Positions 1 through 14,624 are shown, numbered from the stretch's first letter. The stretch is 64,000 nt of DNA from Guillardia theta CCMP2712 (GCF_000315625.1 NW_005434636.1:514424-578423), one strand, 5' to 3'. Made by a program: numbers and translations. Notes: generated by a model not told the origin, from the sequence alone.

Positions 1-102
1 CTGGTGGGTGGTGGTGAAAATCGGGGTCAAAAGTATCCACAACGATACACAAATTGTTTCGTAAGAGTGCAAGCCCTCCGACAAGGGCCACGGGCGGGCG
101 AC

Positions 103-1085
103 ATGGCGAGGGTAACCAGGGAGGATGCGACGCAGGAGAGGAGCACGAGGAGCTACCGCAGGCGCTACGATGGCAGAGTACCCAACGCTCCCTCCTGCTC
201 CTCCAACCTTCGGTTCTACCGCAACGAGATCCCCTCCTCTCCCCATGGCGCCTTGATCGAAGTGATCCTGAACGAATGGAAGGACGACATGCGGCTGCTA
301 GAGACCCACCATGGTTACGTGCAGTGGTTGTTCCCCATCCACGAGGAGGGGATGAACGCCAACGCGCAGGTCCTGCAGGTGCACGAGGCAGAGAGGATGA
401 AGGCGGACCCTCAGATCCGAGAGAGGATGAAGCGCTCTTACGCCATGATGATGCGCTTCTACGGGGCTGATGTCGTGAACTTTGTGACCGGAGAGCTCAG
501 GAGGAGCGAGAACTTCAGAGAGCGATTGAACAACCTGAATCAGAGGGCTCACAACTGGCTGCGAGTCTCAAGAGTCCTCAAGTGGCTAGGAGAGGTAAGT
601 TGATGTCCATGCTGTCGTATCAACCCCTGACGAGAGCGGTGGGGGGGGAGCAGGTTGGCTTCGAGCACTACAAGCTGCCTCTTGTCTTCTTCCTAGCGTA
701 CGAGACGCTGGACTCCAAGCTCTTGTCAAGGTGCTCGGACTCCCTCGTCGACTTCTGGATCGGAACCCTGCGGCGAGACGGGGAGCTCGATGTCATTCTC
801 GCCTACATCAACCGCGAGCTGTCAGCCGATGACCTGCTGCAGCAGATCCGTTCTACCTCGCGGTGCCCAGCAGAAGAAGCATCTCCCTCACCCTCAAGCT
901 CCTCCCAGCCTCCACCTCCGAGCCCCCAACGTCCGGAAGCAGCGGCTGCAGTCGAGCAGCCCGACGAGAACCCTGGGCTGAGCAGCGCAGGCGACGACAC
1001 GGCGCACAATCTGCAGGCAGACAGCGAGAACGACGGGAATCCAGTGCAGCAGGACGAGGAGACAGCTGAAGACAAGGCGAAGTGA
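103..1085 (+). CDS. Opioid growth factor receptor (OGFr) conserved-domain protein, 2 exons
   Basis: Motifs NLRFYRNEI, LETHHGYVQWLFP, MMRFYG and HNWLRVSRVLKWLGE match the OGFr_N family; intron 595-653 (gtaagt...cag) joins the two ORFs; acidic low-complexity tail. Confidence 0.85.
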
Positions 1086-1239
1086 CCTGTCTCCACTTGT
1101 TCTCTTTTGCTCCTGTCGAACCTTCACATTCATTACTTGCAGATATTTCATTTTTTGGTCTCCAATGAACCCTTGTGTAAGGAGTACTAGAGCGACTCTC
1201 ATAGCAGGTCTATGGAGACTGCTGACGCACCCTCATGCT

Positions 1240-4200
1240 TTCTGTGCAGCTCTTCTCGAAGAGTTTCATCCACACATCTTGGCTCTTGCATCGTTGTAAC
1301 TTCCACTGCTCACTAGCATGACGTTGAGTTCCGCAAAGACAGCGGACAACTACCACCATCAGCAAGTTGAGAGGGGGAGTACTCCTTGTGACTGAGGAGG
1401 TTTGAGGAGCAGCCGCCGCTGAGCTAAGAGGATCTTGTTCAGTTTCTCACCCTCCAGCTGAGCTGGGGCATCAGCACATCATCCCTCGAATGCGATTCTC
1501 ACAGCATGCGACATGCGCTTGCTCGATCTAGAGCTGCCGCCACAGAGGCCGTCCGGTAGCATGAGAGCAGAGGGAATCAACATAACAATACCCACAGCAT
1601 GTACAGTAGTCAACCGAGGAGCGACTAAAGATATTGAGAGCTGGTTGCTGCTCGGCGGCATCATAGCATGGGTAAGTCCCTTTCACTAACAGCATCGTCA
1701 ACAAAGAGCTTGACGGCCCTGCTGCTCCCCCTCACATCGAGGAGCTCCCAACGTTGTCCATGCTCGGGCTCTGAGGAAGGCTTAGCTGCCTCGTGCGGGT
1801 CAGACCTTCTCTCCATGCTGCTCGTCTCCATCAGCCTGCAAGGTGTCAGAGGATGAGAGGGAGACGAGGGACAAGACAAGCCCAACATGTGCAGGAGAAG
1901 CAGCACTTGTGGTGCCTTGATGTGAGCTGCTGAGGAGGGACTGAACGATCTTGTTGTCATTGAAAATTCCTGCACAAGAATCGATGCTCGAATGTCAAAC
2001 GTGCTCCTCCATGACTCACCGACTTGTACGATGCCGTCAGGCTGGACCTCTGACCCCCTTCCTCTGCGCTTCCCCTGCTTGAACTCTCCTTGGAAGGACG
2101 AGGTTAGGGTCCCATCCTGCCTCCACTGCTCCTCTCGTCCTATCCCGTCTTGCAGTCCCTCGACCCATTCGCCGGCATACTTGTACCCGTCTGCGTAGAG
2201 TCAGCGCAGGACGGCCAGTGCGAAAACATGGTGGCACCAGCAGATTGGAAGATGCCGAAGCCATGATACCTCTGCTCCCTCCATGCTCCATCGTAGGAAG
2301 AGCCGTCGGAGTAGACCTGTTGGAAGCGTGTTGATCTATCACTCCATTGGTCGTCTCTCCTTCTACTCACCATCTTCCCTTTCCCTAGCTTGCTCTGATC
2401 AGAGGCCCACTCCCCGCTGTATTGTGCTACCCCATCTGCTTCAACCTCCGTCCCCTCCCCGTGTCGCAACCCTTCTTTCCACCTCCCGGTGTACTTCCTT
2501 CCGTCCTGCCTGATCATCGCCTCAGTCTCTGACTCTCAGTCTTCATCACCTTCACCTCAGCGCCATGCCGAGCCCATGAGCCTTCCCGTGCTCGTACTGC
2601 CCGTGGTAAGACGATCCATCCGCAAACACTTCCATCCCTTCTCCGCTCTTCTCGTTGGCCACCCACTCTCCCCTGTACGTGTGTCCGTTAGGATGCGAGT
2701 ACTCTCCATCTCCTTCCAGTCTTCCGTTGACGAAGACGCCCTTGAATTTCCCTCCATCCTTGTCTTGCAGGGTTCCTTCCCCATTCATCTCGTTCCCCTT
2801 CCACTCTCCCATGTACATGGCCCCGTCCTTGAACTCGCACTTGCCCCATCCATCACACTCGTCGTTTTCGAACAGCCCCTCATACACATTCCCGTTGGCA
2901 TACTCGAACTTCCCTATTCCACTTCGCTTCCCGTTCATCCAGTCCCCGTCGTACCTGCTGCCGTCCCTGTACAACATGACTCCTCGTCCCGCCTTGACGC
3001 CTCCCTCATTGTTCCCCTCGTACGACCTGCCGTCCTTCCAGGTGATCTTGGCTACCCCTCGCATCTTGTCTCTCTCGAAGGGCCCGATGTACGTCGCTGG
3101 TGCCCCATCCAACTCCTTGAACTCATAGGACCCTCTCGGTCCATGTCGCATCCCATGCACGAAGGGGCCGTTGTACTCGTCCCCGTTGCGGTAGGACATC
3201 ACTCCGTACCCCTCCATCTCGCCCCGCAGCCACTCCCCGTTGTAACGTCGATCGTCCTCAAAGATCATGATGCCGTTGCCATGTCGCAATCCCGCTGCGA
3301 ACTCTCCTTTGTACTCCTCTAGCTCCGAAAGGACCATATGCCCTTTCCCGGCGATCTCTCCGTTCCTGCGAGCAGACGTGAAGACAAGCGATAGGACAGC
3401 AACGTCTGCACCTGAACTCTCCGGTGTACGACAGAGGTCTATCTCGCAACGTTCCTATCCCGTGCATCTTCCCTCTCTTCCACCTGCCCTCGTACTCGTA
3501 CAAGGAGCCTCGGACCAGCTTCCCGTGGCCCTCTTTCATTCCTGCCTTCCATTCTCCGTGGTAGACTTCACCGGAGATTCTTGACTCCCTTCCTTGACCA
3601 GATCTTAACCCTCTCTGCCACTGTCCATCATACTCGTTTCCTGCGTCAACACGATCACTTGAGTTTCATTCATCTCCCTTCACCATATTTGTCTTCAAAC
3701 TTTCCCTCGCCGTGTCTCTTTCCATTCTTCCACTCTCCCTCGTATCGACCGAACGAGAGAATTTCCATCACTCCTCGCTGATGCGGAGCCCCTTCAAGCC
3801 ATTCGCCATCGTAGAAAGCCGTCTGCTGACTTTTCAAAGCAGATCCTGAGGTAAGGAGACGAGTCGTCGGTCAGGCAACTCTCACAAATCCAGCACAGCA
3901 CCTATGAAGTGATTTGCTTTCAAGTCGATGTCAACCGAAGCTTGGAATTGTATCAGCTTCCCAATGCCATGCCTTTTTCCGTCTTTCAGTTGTCCTTTAT
4001 ACCTTTGATGACTCAGCTAGTGCAACCTCTTTTCAAATAAGTTCATACAGAGCTTTTCTTTCATGTTTCTGATATATAAAAACATCGGGTTGAAGTTGAT
4101 CGAAGTCGGAATAATCCAAGAACCACATATCATGTTTCTCCGCGTTGGCTAAGAAGTCTTTTCCTGAAATGTCCTGCAAACAAATCTCAGGAACAGCCTG

Positions 4201-6174
4201 GCGCCCTCAGGGCTCGACGTACTATCAGGTCATCAAGGCTAGCAGCGTCTTGGGTCTCTTCGATTTCATTCTTCAACATCAAGTGGCTGATCAAGTTGTC
4301 ACTCACTGAGTAGCCCAGGAGAAGTCCAGCTGACCTGTTGTGCAGCTCCTCCAGCTGAGCCTCATACTCGGCGATGTCGCCTGACTGCTCGGAGACAACC
4401 GAAATGTTGAGGAGCTTCTTCACGGTCTCGAGGCTCCTCCGAGACTCTTCGCTGAGACGAGTTGATTCCGCGTTGGCTTCTTCGATCTTGATATCCAGGT
4501 CTTTCATCTGAGAACATTATGTCAGAGTGTCTTCTTAGGTTGTCAATCTGAGGAGACAATATCTGCTGTGTCTCGAATCATAGTCTCAGTCTCATTGATT
4601 TGCCTGTTACAATCGTCGTATTTTTCGTTCACTTTCTGGAGTGTTTTCTCCAGCATTAAGAACGTCTGCGCAAGTTTCAGACCCAGCAATCTAGGAGCAA
4701 TACTTGCTTGTTCTTTGTCTTGAAAATCCGTGTCCTTTTTGAAACTTTGCATTTTGATCTAGATGGCATCAATTCGACATGATTCAAGTAACTTCGTGCT
4801 TTGCAGTACCTGTGGAAGATGGGATTTACCAGCTTTGATCTTCGATGCCAAAGATTCTTTTCTTTCTTGAATTGCTGTCAGAGTGGAATTGAACATCTGG
4901 TGAAAGTCTGTATCATTCTCGTCTTGCTTTCCATGGAAAGCCTGTGAGTGCAGCTGTTCTTTAAAGAAGTCATAGTCCTGGTTGAGTTTCTTCAGATCCT
5001 CTGTATCCTTTCTGATGTTCTCCTGCACTTTTTCAAGGTTTTGACGCATCTCATTCATCGCAATCTCGCTGAGTTGCATATCTTCTTGTGCCTTGGAATG
5101 GTTTTGCCAAGCTGAAGTCTTCTCTTCAATGGACGCATTCAAGTTCTCGTTCAGACTCCTCAGTTTCGTTTCTAGGAGGTGCAAGGACTTGCTAGCAGCG
5201 TTCTTCTGCGCTTGAAGGGCCTTGACCTCCTTCATTCTCTCATGGGCCTCGCGTTCATATTCCTTGGCTCTCGAGATGGCGTTGCCGATCTTGTCATGGG
5301 CTGCCTTGTCGGATCGCTCCCTCTCTTGCGCCTGCTCGCCGATGGAAGCTAAGGAAGCGTGGCGGAGAAGAGAGTCGTTGGAGGCTCGAATGATTGCTTC
5401 TACCTTGTCGTCTGTCTCTGCTAACTCATCGAGAAGTGCTGACTTCGCTTCTGCCCAGACGGTTTGGAGTCTTTCACCGCCATCTCCTTCCATCGCAACC
5501 TGTTCCATAGAGACCATGAGGTTTTCGTGGAAGTTGGTGAAGATCTTCAGCAGATGGATAGCTTTAGTTCCGATCCTCTGCACTTCGATCCGAGTTTCGT
5601 GATGCCTCCGTGATTTAGCCGAGTATGGTTCTTCAATTTCATTCCCTTCCTCGTCGAAGAAAACAAATCTTTTCCTTCGAATCTCCAAGAAGTTATCGCT
5701 AACATCTTTATCGAGCTCTCCGATTATCGCACATTCTATCTTATCATTGGACCAGAGGCCTTCGATAGTTTCATACGTATTGCCGTCCTCTGAAAGTTGG
5801 TAGGAAACCCCATATCCGTCGAGGAGATTCTTGCTCCAGTTTGCCCGTACGAAGTTTCCGTTGATTTGGAATTGAGTTCCAACTCCCTGCCTCTGGTCTT
5901 GTTGGAATTCACCGACATACCGAGAGCCTTTTTGGGTCACCAGCCTTCCCAGCAAGTGAGCTTTCTCATCCTGAAAGAACCCGGTGTACCTCTCCTCGCT
6001 CCTCCTGCGGAGGCTTCCGTACTCTCCAGGAGCATCGTTGCACATCAACCCCCACCATTGCCCATGCTCCAGCTGAACTTCAGTCGGTTGCCACTTGAGC
6101 TGAGCCTCATCCTTGACGACCTGTCTTCCTCTGCTCTTGCTCGCGGGTCTGCTCTTGCTTGCGGCTCCGCCCAT
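1240..6174 (-). CDS. MORN-repeat and coiled-coil protein, multi-exon (3' end uncertain)
   Basis: Starts MGGAASK; N-terminal MORN repeats (YVGEFQQDQRQGVG), long coiled coil about 4200-5500, then many YxGxWxxGxxxGxG repeats about 2100-4000; exon phases near 4760-4810 join. Exons below about 2000 were not resolved. Confidence 0.75.
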
Positions 6175-6668
6175 GCGCGACTTGAGGTCCCACCACGCGA
6201 CCTGCAGCGATGGAGGCCGGCACGAGGATCACAGCGAGGACAGCAGACAAGAGAGAAGCTGCTGAGGAAGCATGACAAGCCGTGGCGAGGACAGCGAGCA
6301 AGGAGAGAGCGTGGCCAGGGTGGGCAAGTCGGGCAGGGCCTGGAGGGAATTGGTCTGGGAATCGGCCCGACAAAGGGGGGGACGAGACAGGGGCGATGTT
6401 TCTACTGGTCAGAAGCGATCGTAAACTCGCAACGAGTGAGACGACTTGCTAGCAGTTCAAGGTAGCGAGTCAGCAAAGCATGCAGTTGTGATGATAAGCT
6501 TCGTGCTTGAACAACCAATTCTATCTCGACAAAAGGAGGGAGAAAACAGGCAAATTTGTGCTTTTATGTTTTCCTACGGTCTAATCATATCTTAATTTGC
6601 AGCGATTCAACCATAAACCAAGCAAAGCCTTCAATCTTCTGAATCTCTTGCAGACAGATGTCACCTCT

Positions 6669-7240
6669 TCAACTGCGCCCCAACTTTCGAATGGACTCGT
6701 GGAGTTCTTGTGGTAGACTTTCCTTGATCAGGTTCGCGCAGTCAGCTGAGAATGGATTTTTGTCAGAATCGAATCGAATACAATGTAGCATGTTGCTCAC
6801 CACACAGCCTCTTAGTGTAGAAGATCGAGCTAAAATCGTACTTCAGTGCAAGAAACTCAATGAGGGTGGATTGCAACAACTCAATCCTTACCATGTGACA
6901 CAGACTGGTGACATGCATCCTGCACATTTTGATCCCAAGCACAATGGCCTGCATTTTTAATCAATGCCCATGAACTTGCTGATCTCAATCGAGCGGCTCA
7001 ACCGTTTCTCCGGTGCGAAGGGATCATAACAGATGAACGAATCTTCAAGAAATCTGTAAAGCAGTGAAGTTAGGCGCTGGCTAGTGACCGGAAGCGATCT
7101 TACATCAATTGCTTGGCAAATTTTGGCTGTTTACCAAAGTAGTGATAGGGAACCTCAATATGGCATTTCGTACACTTGAATATCCTCAGGGCTTTTGATT
7201 TGTCCTCCCCTTGCGTACTCCCCTTGTTGTTGGGGTTCAT
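6669..7240 (-). CDS. CDPF1: Cysteine-rich DPF motif protein (C6_DPF family), 5 short exons
   Basis: Manual splicing gives approximately MNPNNKGSTQGEDKSKALRIFKCTKCHIEVPYHYFGKQPKFAKQLI-FLEDSFICYDPFAPEKR-xIVLGSKCAGCMSPVCVTC-SIFYTKRLC-ADCANLIKESLPQELHESIRKLGRS*. This fits the CDPF1 pattern CxxC...DPF...LGSxCxxC...CSxFYxKRxC. Confidence 0.8.
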
Positions 7241-7993
7241 AGCATAGTTTACCAGATCTTATGGCGGACTATGGAGGAGGAAGGACGAGGTTTGAGGTGC
7301 TTGCAGCTTCTGAGAGGCGGGAAGGGAAGGAGGAGGTCAGCTCTACGGGAGGCACCGCCGACTTACATGGACATTGCTTGATCTTGCCCGGCAGCTTGCC
7401 TGAGTTGAGCTCTGACGAGGCGGGTCTGCTTTAATTCACATGAATTTTATAAGTACAGCTTATCATAATTAAAAATAATTATTATTTGTATCATGAATTA
7501 CTTTTACATGCATTACTGGTTCAGTTACACAATTCTCAGCAATAGAGAAGATATTTATAGAAATCATTACTATTTAAGAAGTTAAGAGAATATTTTGGTA
7601 CAGACATTCAGGTACAAACATAATATCTCAGTACTATTTAATAATGGGTGCTTGTACCAGTGTCCCGTCCTAGGGACAGCGGACTCGTGCTTGGCGCCTC
7701 TGCCGCCATTTTTTCGGCATAGGGGGAATATATCTATCGATTTTTCAATATAGTTGAAAATTACAACCAATATTTGAACTTTGAACTATTGAATTTATGA
7801 GATGAAATGATATTTCGTGGCAGCATACTACACTAGTTCCTCGGCCCTTCAAAAGCAGCGGCGAGGAGCGATGGGCGGGAAGAAGAGGGGAATGCGCGCT
7901 GTTGAATCCTGCTTGCTCGGTCAATGAGGTGATGGTTAGCAGGAAGGGAGGATAGCAGAAATAGGTGAGCCGCAACTGAAACTCAAGTCGAAC

Positions 7994-10900
7994 ATGGGCA
8001 CACCCGGCGACGAACCTCCTCTCAAGAAACATGCCAGCGAGGTGATGGTGAAGCAAGAGCCTGACATGGCTGCAAGCTCGGGATCCAATGACGTGCAGGG
8101 TCCTGTAAATCTACAGGTTGCACTCTCGTGGAAGAACAAGGTCAAGGAGGCATTGAACAAGCGGAAAAGGCTCCTCGAGGATGAGTTGCAGTATTTGAAC
8201 GGGGACGGGGCGCTGTTAGATTATTTTCATGTGTCTCAGAAGGCTGCAGCTGCTTCCTCTGCTCCAGCTGCTGCCACTCTTGGCCATGATGTACACAAAT
8301 CTTCCGAGAAGTCCCAGGGATTGTCTGATGAAGACAAACTTATTCTTGCTAAAGCCAAGGCAATTGAGCAGAAGTTGAAGTTTAAAGCCAAATGGCCGGA
8401 ACCTCCTCGTCGTAAAGTTCATCATGATTATCTTCTAGAGGAAATGACATGGCTAGCAACGGATTTCCGTCAAGAGCGGAAATGGAAGATGGCAGTTGCC
8501 AAGAAGGTTGCCTATGCTTGTGTCAAATATCATGCACAAAAACAACTACGTGCAGAGCGTGCAGATAAAGACAAGGAAAATGTTGCAAGAAAGAAAGCTG
8601 GAAAGATTGCAAAGGAAGTCAAAAAATTTTGGTCACAAATTCAAACACTGGCGCAGCACAAGCAACAAGTGCAAGTAGATGTTGAGAAGAAGAAAATGCT
8701 TGGGAAGCACCTTGATTTCTTAGTTGATCAAACGGAGAAATACTCAACTATGATTGCACAGGATCTTGCAGTCCCCCAAAAACAAAATCCTGTGCCGCAG
8801 CCGAAACCTACTGAAACTCAAGCAGTTAGTGCAAAAGGCCATGATGGAGCTAAATCGGGTGAAAATGAGCAGATCTTTGGAAACAGCACCGGAGCTCAGT
8901 CTGCAACAGACGATATGGAATATGCGGTTGAAGATGATGAAGACGATGATGAGGAGACCATGGAAGAGGCTGAGAAAGATGAGAACAAAGCTGATGTTGC
9001 TGAAGAAGTGAATGCCTTGCAAGCTGAGCAAGACATGCCATTGGAGGAGTTGCTTGCGAAATATGGATACAATAATGGGGGGGACTCAGTTGACGGCGAG
9101 GATGATGAAGAGGACGAGGATGATGAAGAGGATGATGAAGAGGACGAGGATGAGGCTGCAAGCACGGAGGCGAATCCAGAGGAGAATTCAAGCAAAGACA
9201 AGGAAACGCCTGCGACAGATGGAAAGGCCGCAAGTACTGCCAAAGATGAAAGTGAAGAGGCAAAGAATGAAATGTCAGTTGACAAACCTTCAGATCAGAG
9301 CGAAGTTCCCAAGCAGGATACTGAGGGTGAAGTTAAAGCAGAAGAACCTGGTGGAATATCTGCTGAGGCGAAAGACGTAGCAGACATGGCTCGTACTCTT
9401 GCTCCAACTGGACATACTCTCGCTACAACTCAAGTGAAGACAGAAGTTCCGTTCTTGCTCAGTGCCAACTTGAAGATGAGAGAGTATCAACACATTGCCC
9501 TTGATTGGATGGTTGCTCTTTATGACAAGGGACTTAACGGAATACTAGCGGATGAGATGGGACTTGGCAAGACCATCATGACGATATCTGTATTGGCATA
9601 CCTTGCATGCGAACGAGGAATATGGGGCCCTCATCTCATTGTTGTTCCCACCAGCCTTTTACTGAACTGGGAGATTGAAGTGAAGAGATGGTGTCCTTCC
9701 TTCAAGGTCTTAACATATTATGGAAGTCAGAAAGAAAGAAAGGCTAAGCGCCAGGGTTGGTCCAAGCCGAACTCTTTCCACATCTGCATTACCTCATACA
9801 AGATGGCTGTCCAGGATCAAAAGATGTTTCGAAGAAAGAAATGGAAGTACATGATCTTGGACGAAGCACATAACATTAAGAATTTCCAATCTCAACGATG
9901 GCAAGTACTCCTCAATTTTCGTTCCAAGAGGAGACTTCTTCTGACAGGCACCCCACTGCAAAATAATTTGATGGAACTGTGGTCACTGCTTCATTTTCTC
10001 ATGCCTCATATTTTCTCTTCGCACTCCGAATTCAAAGACTGGTTTGCCAATCCGCTCATGAGCATGGTTGAAGGCACGAGCGCGATGAATGATTCGTTGG
10101 TTCAGCGACTTCATTCAGTTCTCAGACCGTTCATTTTGAGGAGGCTGAAGAAGGATGTCGAAACACAATTGCCAAACAAACACGAGCACGTTGTAAATTG
10201 TCGTCTTTCCAAGAGGCAAAGATGTTTGTATGATGATTTCATGGCTGCTGGATCAACACAAGCAAAGCTGCAATCTGGCAATCTTTTGGAAGTCATCAAC
10301 GTTTTGATGCAATTAAGAAAGGTTTGCAACCATCCTGATTTATTCGAGGAAAGACCAATTGTCTCGCCTTTCGATTGTACGAATACTGTGATACATAGTT
10401 CGGCAGAATTTTCCAGCGTTAGTCGATGGAATCCGCTCTCAGATGTCGATCTCAAGGGCCTGAACTTTCTCTTTAGCGAGTTTGAAAACATTTCAAAGTT
10501 TGATGCCCAGCTTCTGGCAGATCGGCATGCTAGCCGGAAATTGATTGTGGAATTGGGAGAAAGTCTCACTTCGTATGAGGAATATTCCAATTTGCAGGCT
10601 GAAAAGAGGGAATGGAGTTCAGTGTCTGAGTACAAAGAGTACCTGATGAATAAGAGAAAGAAGATGAAGTCGTACCGATTCAGCCAAATGATGATGGTCA
10701 ACGAAAGGCGGTGCCAGGGAACCCCGATTTATGGAACCAGTTTGTGTCGTTTGATTGAATCTGTGAGAAGACCGGTCGATGAGGTAACACAAAACTCAAT
10801 TTATATCCGATTTGATGGATTTTCTCAGGTTGTTGCGCTTGCAAGTGACCCCAAGCGCTATTTCGAGTACACCGACACTTTGCGGAACCTTGTGTTGACA

Positions 10901-13900
10901 TCTCCTGAGAGAGTTTTTGGTAGAGGTGGCAAGGAAGGCTGCATTTCGACCAAGCTCTTGCACCCGATGTACGATTTAGATGACCGCGAAGTGGATAGCC
11001 TGTATCATATTTTGACCAACTTTGTATGTATCATTCCGAAGGCAAGGGCCTTGCCTCCGAGCGCGGTGTTGAGTCATCCAAACCTGAACGAGAATATTGT
11101 GAACGAAGATCGCGTGCTGGATTGCAGACATTGGTTTTCATCATTCAACGATGTCTGCAGACCTGCATATATTCGTCAACAATTGTACTTCCCAGACAAA
11201 AGGTTGTTGCAATACGACTGTGGCAAGCTACAAGTTTTGGATGGAATGTTACGCAAACTCAAGAGCGAAGGTCATCGTGTGTTGTTGTTCACGCAGATGT
11301 CGAAAGTTCTTGATATCTTGGAAACTTTTCTCAGCTTTCACGGACATGTGTACATCAGACTAGATGGCGCAACCAAAATTGAGATGCGTCAGAAGCTTGT
11401 TGAAAGGTTTAACCAGGATCCAAAGATTTTGGTTTTTATCTCGTCGACACGTGCAGGGGGAGTAGGGATAAATCTGACAGGGGCAGATACTGTCATATTT
11501 TACGATAGTGACTGGAATCCTGCTATGGATCGACAAGCGCAAGATCGTTGTCACAGGATTGGGCAGACGAGAGAAGTCAACATCTATCGACTGGTAAGCG
11601 AGAGTACCGTCGAAGAAAACATTCTCAAGAAGGCTCGACAAAAGTTACAACTGGAAAATCTTGCACTGAAAGATGGAGCTGCTAGCCTCTTCAACCCAGA
11701 CATGTTCAAAAAGATTGATGTAAGTACACGCTTACTGCTTTTTGTCTTTCACTTACATCATATGTTACTAACTCATGTTGTAGGTAAGAGAACTATTTGA
11801 GGAAGAGAAGGCCCCTGTAGAACAAGTAGAAACAAATCCCTTGGCACATCTTCAAGCGCAAGAAAGTGCCACTCCTGTCAAGGATTCCAAAGGTGACAAG
11901 GATTCACGAAAGAATGTTCTTAGCGACAAAGAGTGGGAGCTTGCGATTGCAAATGCTGAAGACGAGCAAGACGTTGAGGCCATGAAGATTGCGAAGCAAG
12001 AGGAACGTGAAGAGATGGCTGATTTTGAGGACGAGGCACCAGCTGATGCAGGCGATCGAGATGTTTCTGAAGCGGCGCAAGATGATTTTGGACTTGGCAA
12101 AGTTGAAGCCGTTGCGATGGCAATTGAGAGCGAGCTCATGCCAGTGCAACGATATGCGCTACAATACTTGGAGAACGAGTTCAAGCAGGCAGGAATTACC
12201 CTAGTTGCTGGCGTGAACTTTGACAAGGAGCAATGGGAGAGAGATCAGCTTCGCCGTATTCGTGATCAAGACGCCGATCGCATGTATGATGAAGATGAAA
12301 TCCTCTATTACGAGGTTTCTGGATGCTCACAACAGGTAAAATTATTGGCACTCGAAACTTCCTTACGTTACCGTGGTTTGTGTTTTTTCACACCATTCAC
12401 ATCTGTCATGTTCTGTTTGCTTTGTGATTGTGTCTTCATACGACGAAGGAGCACTCAAGCCTTTGTCCCCTGAGCCCATATTCTTCCAGGTTTATCGTGA
12501 ACTCGTAAATCGCTTGCAGTCAGGGTTTGAGAAATCGAACCTTGACTTCGGTGGTTTTTACGAGCCACCCAATCCCGATGATGACAAGTTCACTTATATC
12601 AACGAACCCATGTACCAGGATACAGGTACGTTTGCATCGCAAATTTGGGAAGCACGGGTTCTTTCGCTGGTGTTCGATGCAATATCTGCAACGGATTCGA
12701 ACTACCCGAATCACCTGTTGCGATGGTTTTCGTTTTCTTTGCACGTCCTGCGAATGAACCTGTGCTCCATTTGTTGCGATGGAAACGGACTGTATCCATG
12801 CATTTTACATGAATTGAATCGTGTGCTTGTTTCACAACACCATTCACACTGTCTTTTATGTTGCTGCTCGTGATATGTGGGCTTGCGTGTGCAGATATTG
12901 ACTGACCTTTGATCTTTGTAGGGGTGAGATCGCCTCAGGGAACCAAGGTAAAGGGTCAGAGACCTGGTCCACCGCAGAACAAAGGGCTCAAGATCAAGTT
13001 CACGATGCCTCAAGCGGTTCAGGCAAACGCACAAGCTTCGGCACGACCAGGGCAGGGCCTGCAGTCTCAACTGAACAAGAAGATGCCGCCAACTCAGCCA
13101 GGACAGCAAGTCAACAAGAACCGAAGAGCAGGCATCTCCGCTGGAGATGTTCCATGGACGAAAGAGGAAGAAGATGTCTTGAGAGAATCTGTCAACCGTT
13201 TTCAGGGTGGCTCTGGTACACTACCCATTCGTACTTGGCATCTGCATGCTTCAATTTTGAACTCCAGTATTCCTGCCAGGGGACGACTCCGCATGGGGAA
13301 GCATTGCATGGACTATTGGCATGCACGGTTATCGACTGCTCAGCAAGGTCAAGGAAATCCTGACGGTCAGCAAAAGCAGCCTTTGTATCCTCCGCGATCA
13401 CAATCGTCAGAACCGACAAGAGACTCGAATATTGCATCCATCATCCGTGCGATGTTGTCTAATACTAAGTCCACTCAGAGTGGCCCCACTTTGCCTGGTG
13501 GAGGAACTTTACCCATGAAGCAGCGGGATTCTCTCCAAGTTCTGCCAGCACACGACTCTCACAGAATGATTGCAAACCAGGCTGCGCAATCTGTCGGCCT
13601 CAACCTTGCAACAGTCTCGAGCAACCCTAGCGAGCTGATTCGACGCATACTAGCAAAGATGCCTCAGCCTGCGCCCTCGCAATCCCAAGTGCAGCAGCAG
13701 CCGTTACAGCAGCAGCAAGCATCTCAGGGGGCTCAACAGTCTTTGCCGGCTTCGCAGCAGCCGGTGCCACCGTCGATCTCACAACAACCTGGAAGCCACC
13801 TCGTCCGTGGTCAACCACAAACATCAGCTGGGCTGGGACAAGGACCTCCCGGGCAGATGCCTGGCAGACCAGGAGCTCATCCATCGCAGCAGGTGCCCGT

Positions 13901-14624
13901 CCGAATGGGTGCGCAGCCGCCTCATCGTCCTGGAGCTCCGGTCGTAAGTGCGTCTGCTGCCTCCAAGGTTGTGGGCGCCGCACATGCCTCGCATGCAGCA
14001 GCCATGCAGGCGTCAAGGCCCATCACGTCGAAGCCTGGCATGCCTCCTACCTCCGCAGGCCCGCCAGTGTCAAGCTCGGTGGTGCTGGGAGGTGTGGGGG
14101 CTCCTTCTCCAATGGCCCATCCGTCAGTGGTGGGGATGCAGCAGGGTGTACGACCAGGGCAACAGAGCCCGATCCCGACGTCAGCAGCTGCGAGGGCAGG
14201 TCAGGGGCCTCCGACAGCCGGACGAGGTCATCCTGTGCATGACCCGACACAGCAATCGAGGCTGCACACTCAGGCGACTCCGCAGCAGCAGCAGGTGGCT
14301 AGACAGGCGGCTCTTGCGCAGCATCAGGCGATCCGAGCCCAGCATACGCCAGTGCCGCACCAGCACCCGCAGCTGTCACAAGCGGATGCGTCGCAGGTGG
14401 GATCCGGTCCTGTGCCGACGGCTCATCATGGCGCGGTCGCGGGGAGGCCAGGAGGCTATCCTCAGCCTCTTCCCCCCTCAGGGTTGATGGGTCAGCATCC
14501 GCCGTCCTCGATGGCGCCGGGAATGCAGCAGCCGATGATGCCGCAACACCCTGCGACGATGGCTCAAAACCGACAGAGAAAGCCGAAGAACGCTCCTGGC
14601 TCGTCACCGCAGAGCAGAAGATGA
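7994..14624 (+). CDS. SWR1: SWR1/SRCAP/PIE1-like Snf2 chromatin remodeller (H2A.Z deposition)
   Basis: HSA domain (HHDYLLEEMTWLATDFRQERKWK), acidic tract, ILADEMGLGKT, DEAH, split ATPase with a long insertion, DSDWNPAMDRQAQDRCHRIGQTR, SANT-like WTKEEEDVLRESV and a Q/P-rich tail; introns 11720-11783, about 12336-12490 and about 12625-12921. Confidence 0.93.

Noticed and set aside
6658-6960. 100-aa plus-strand ORF
   Set aside because: Antisense to the better-supported CDPF1 exons.
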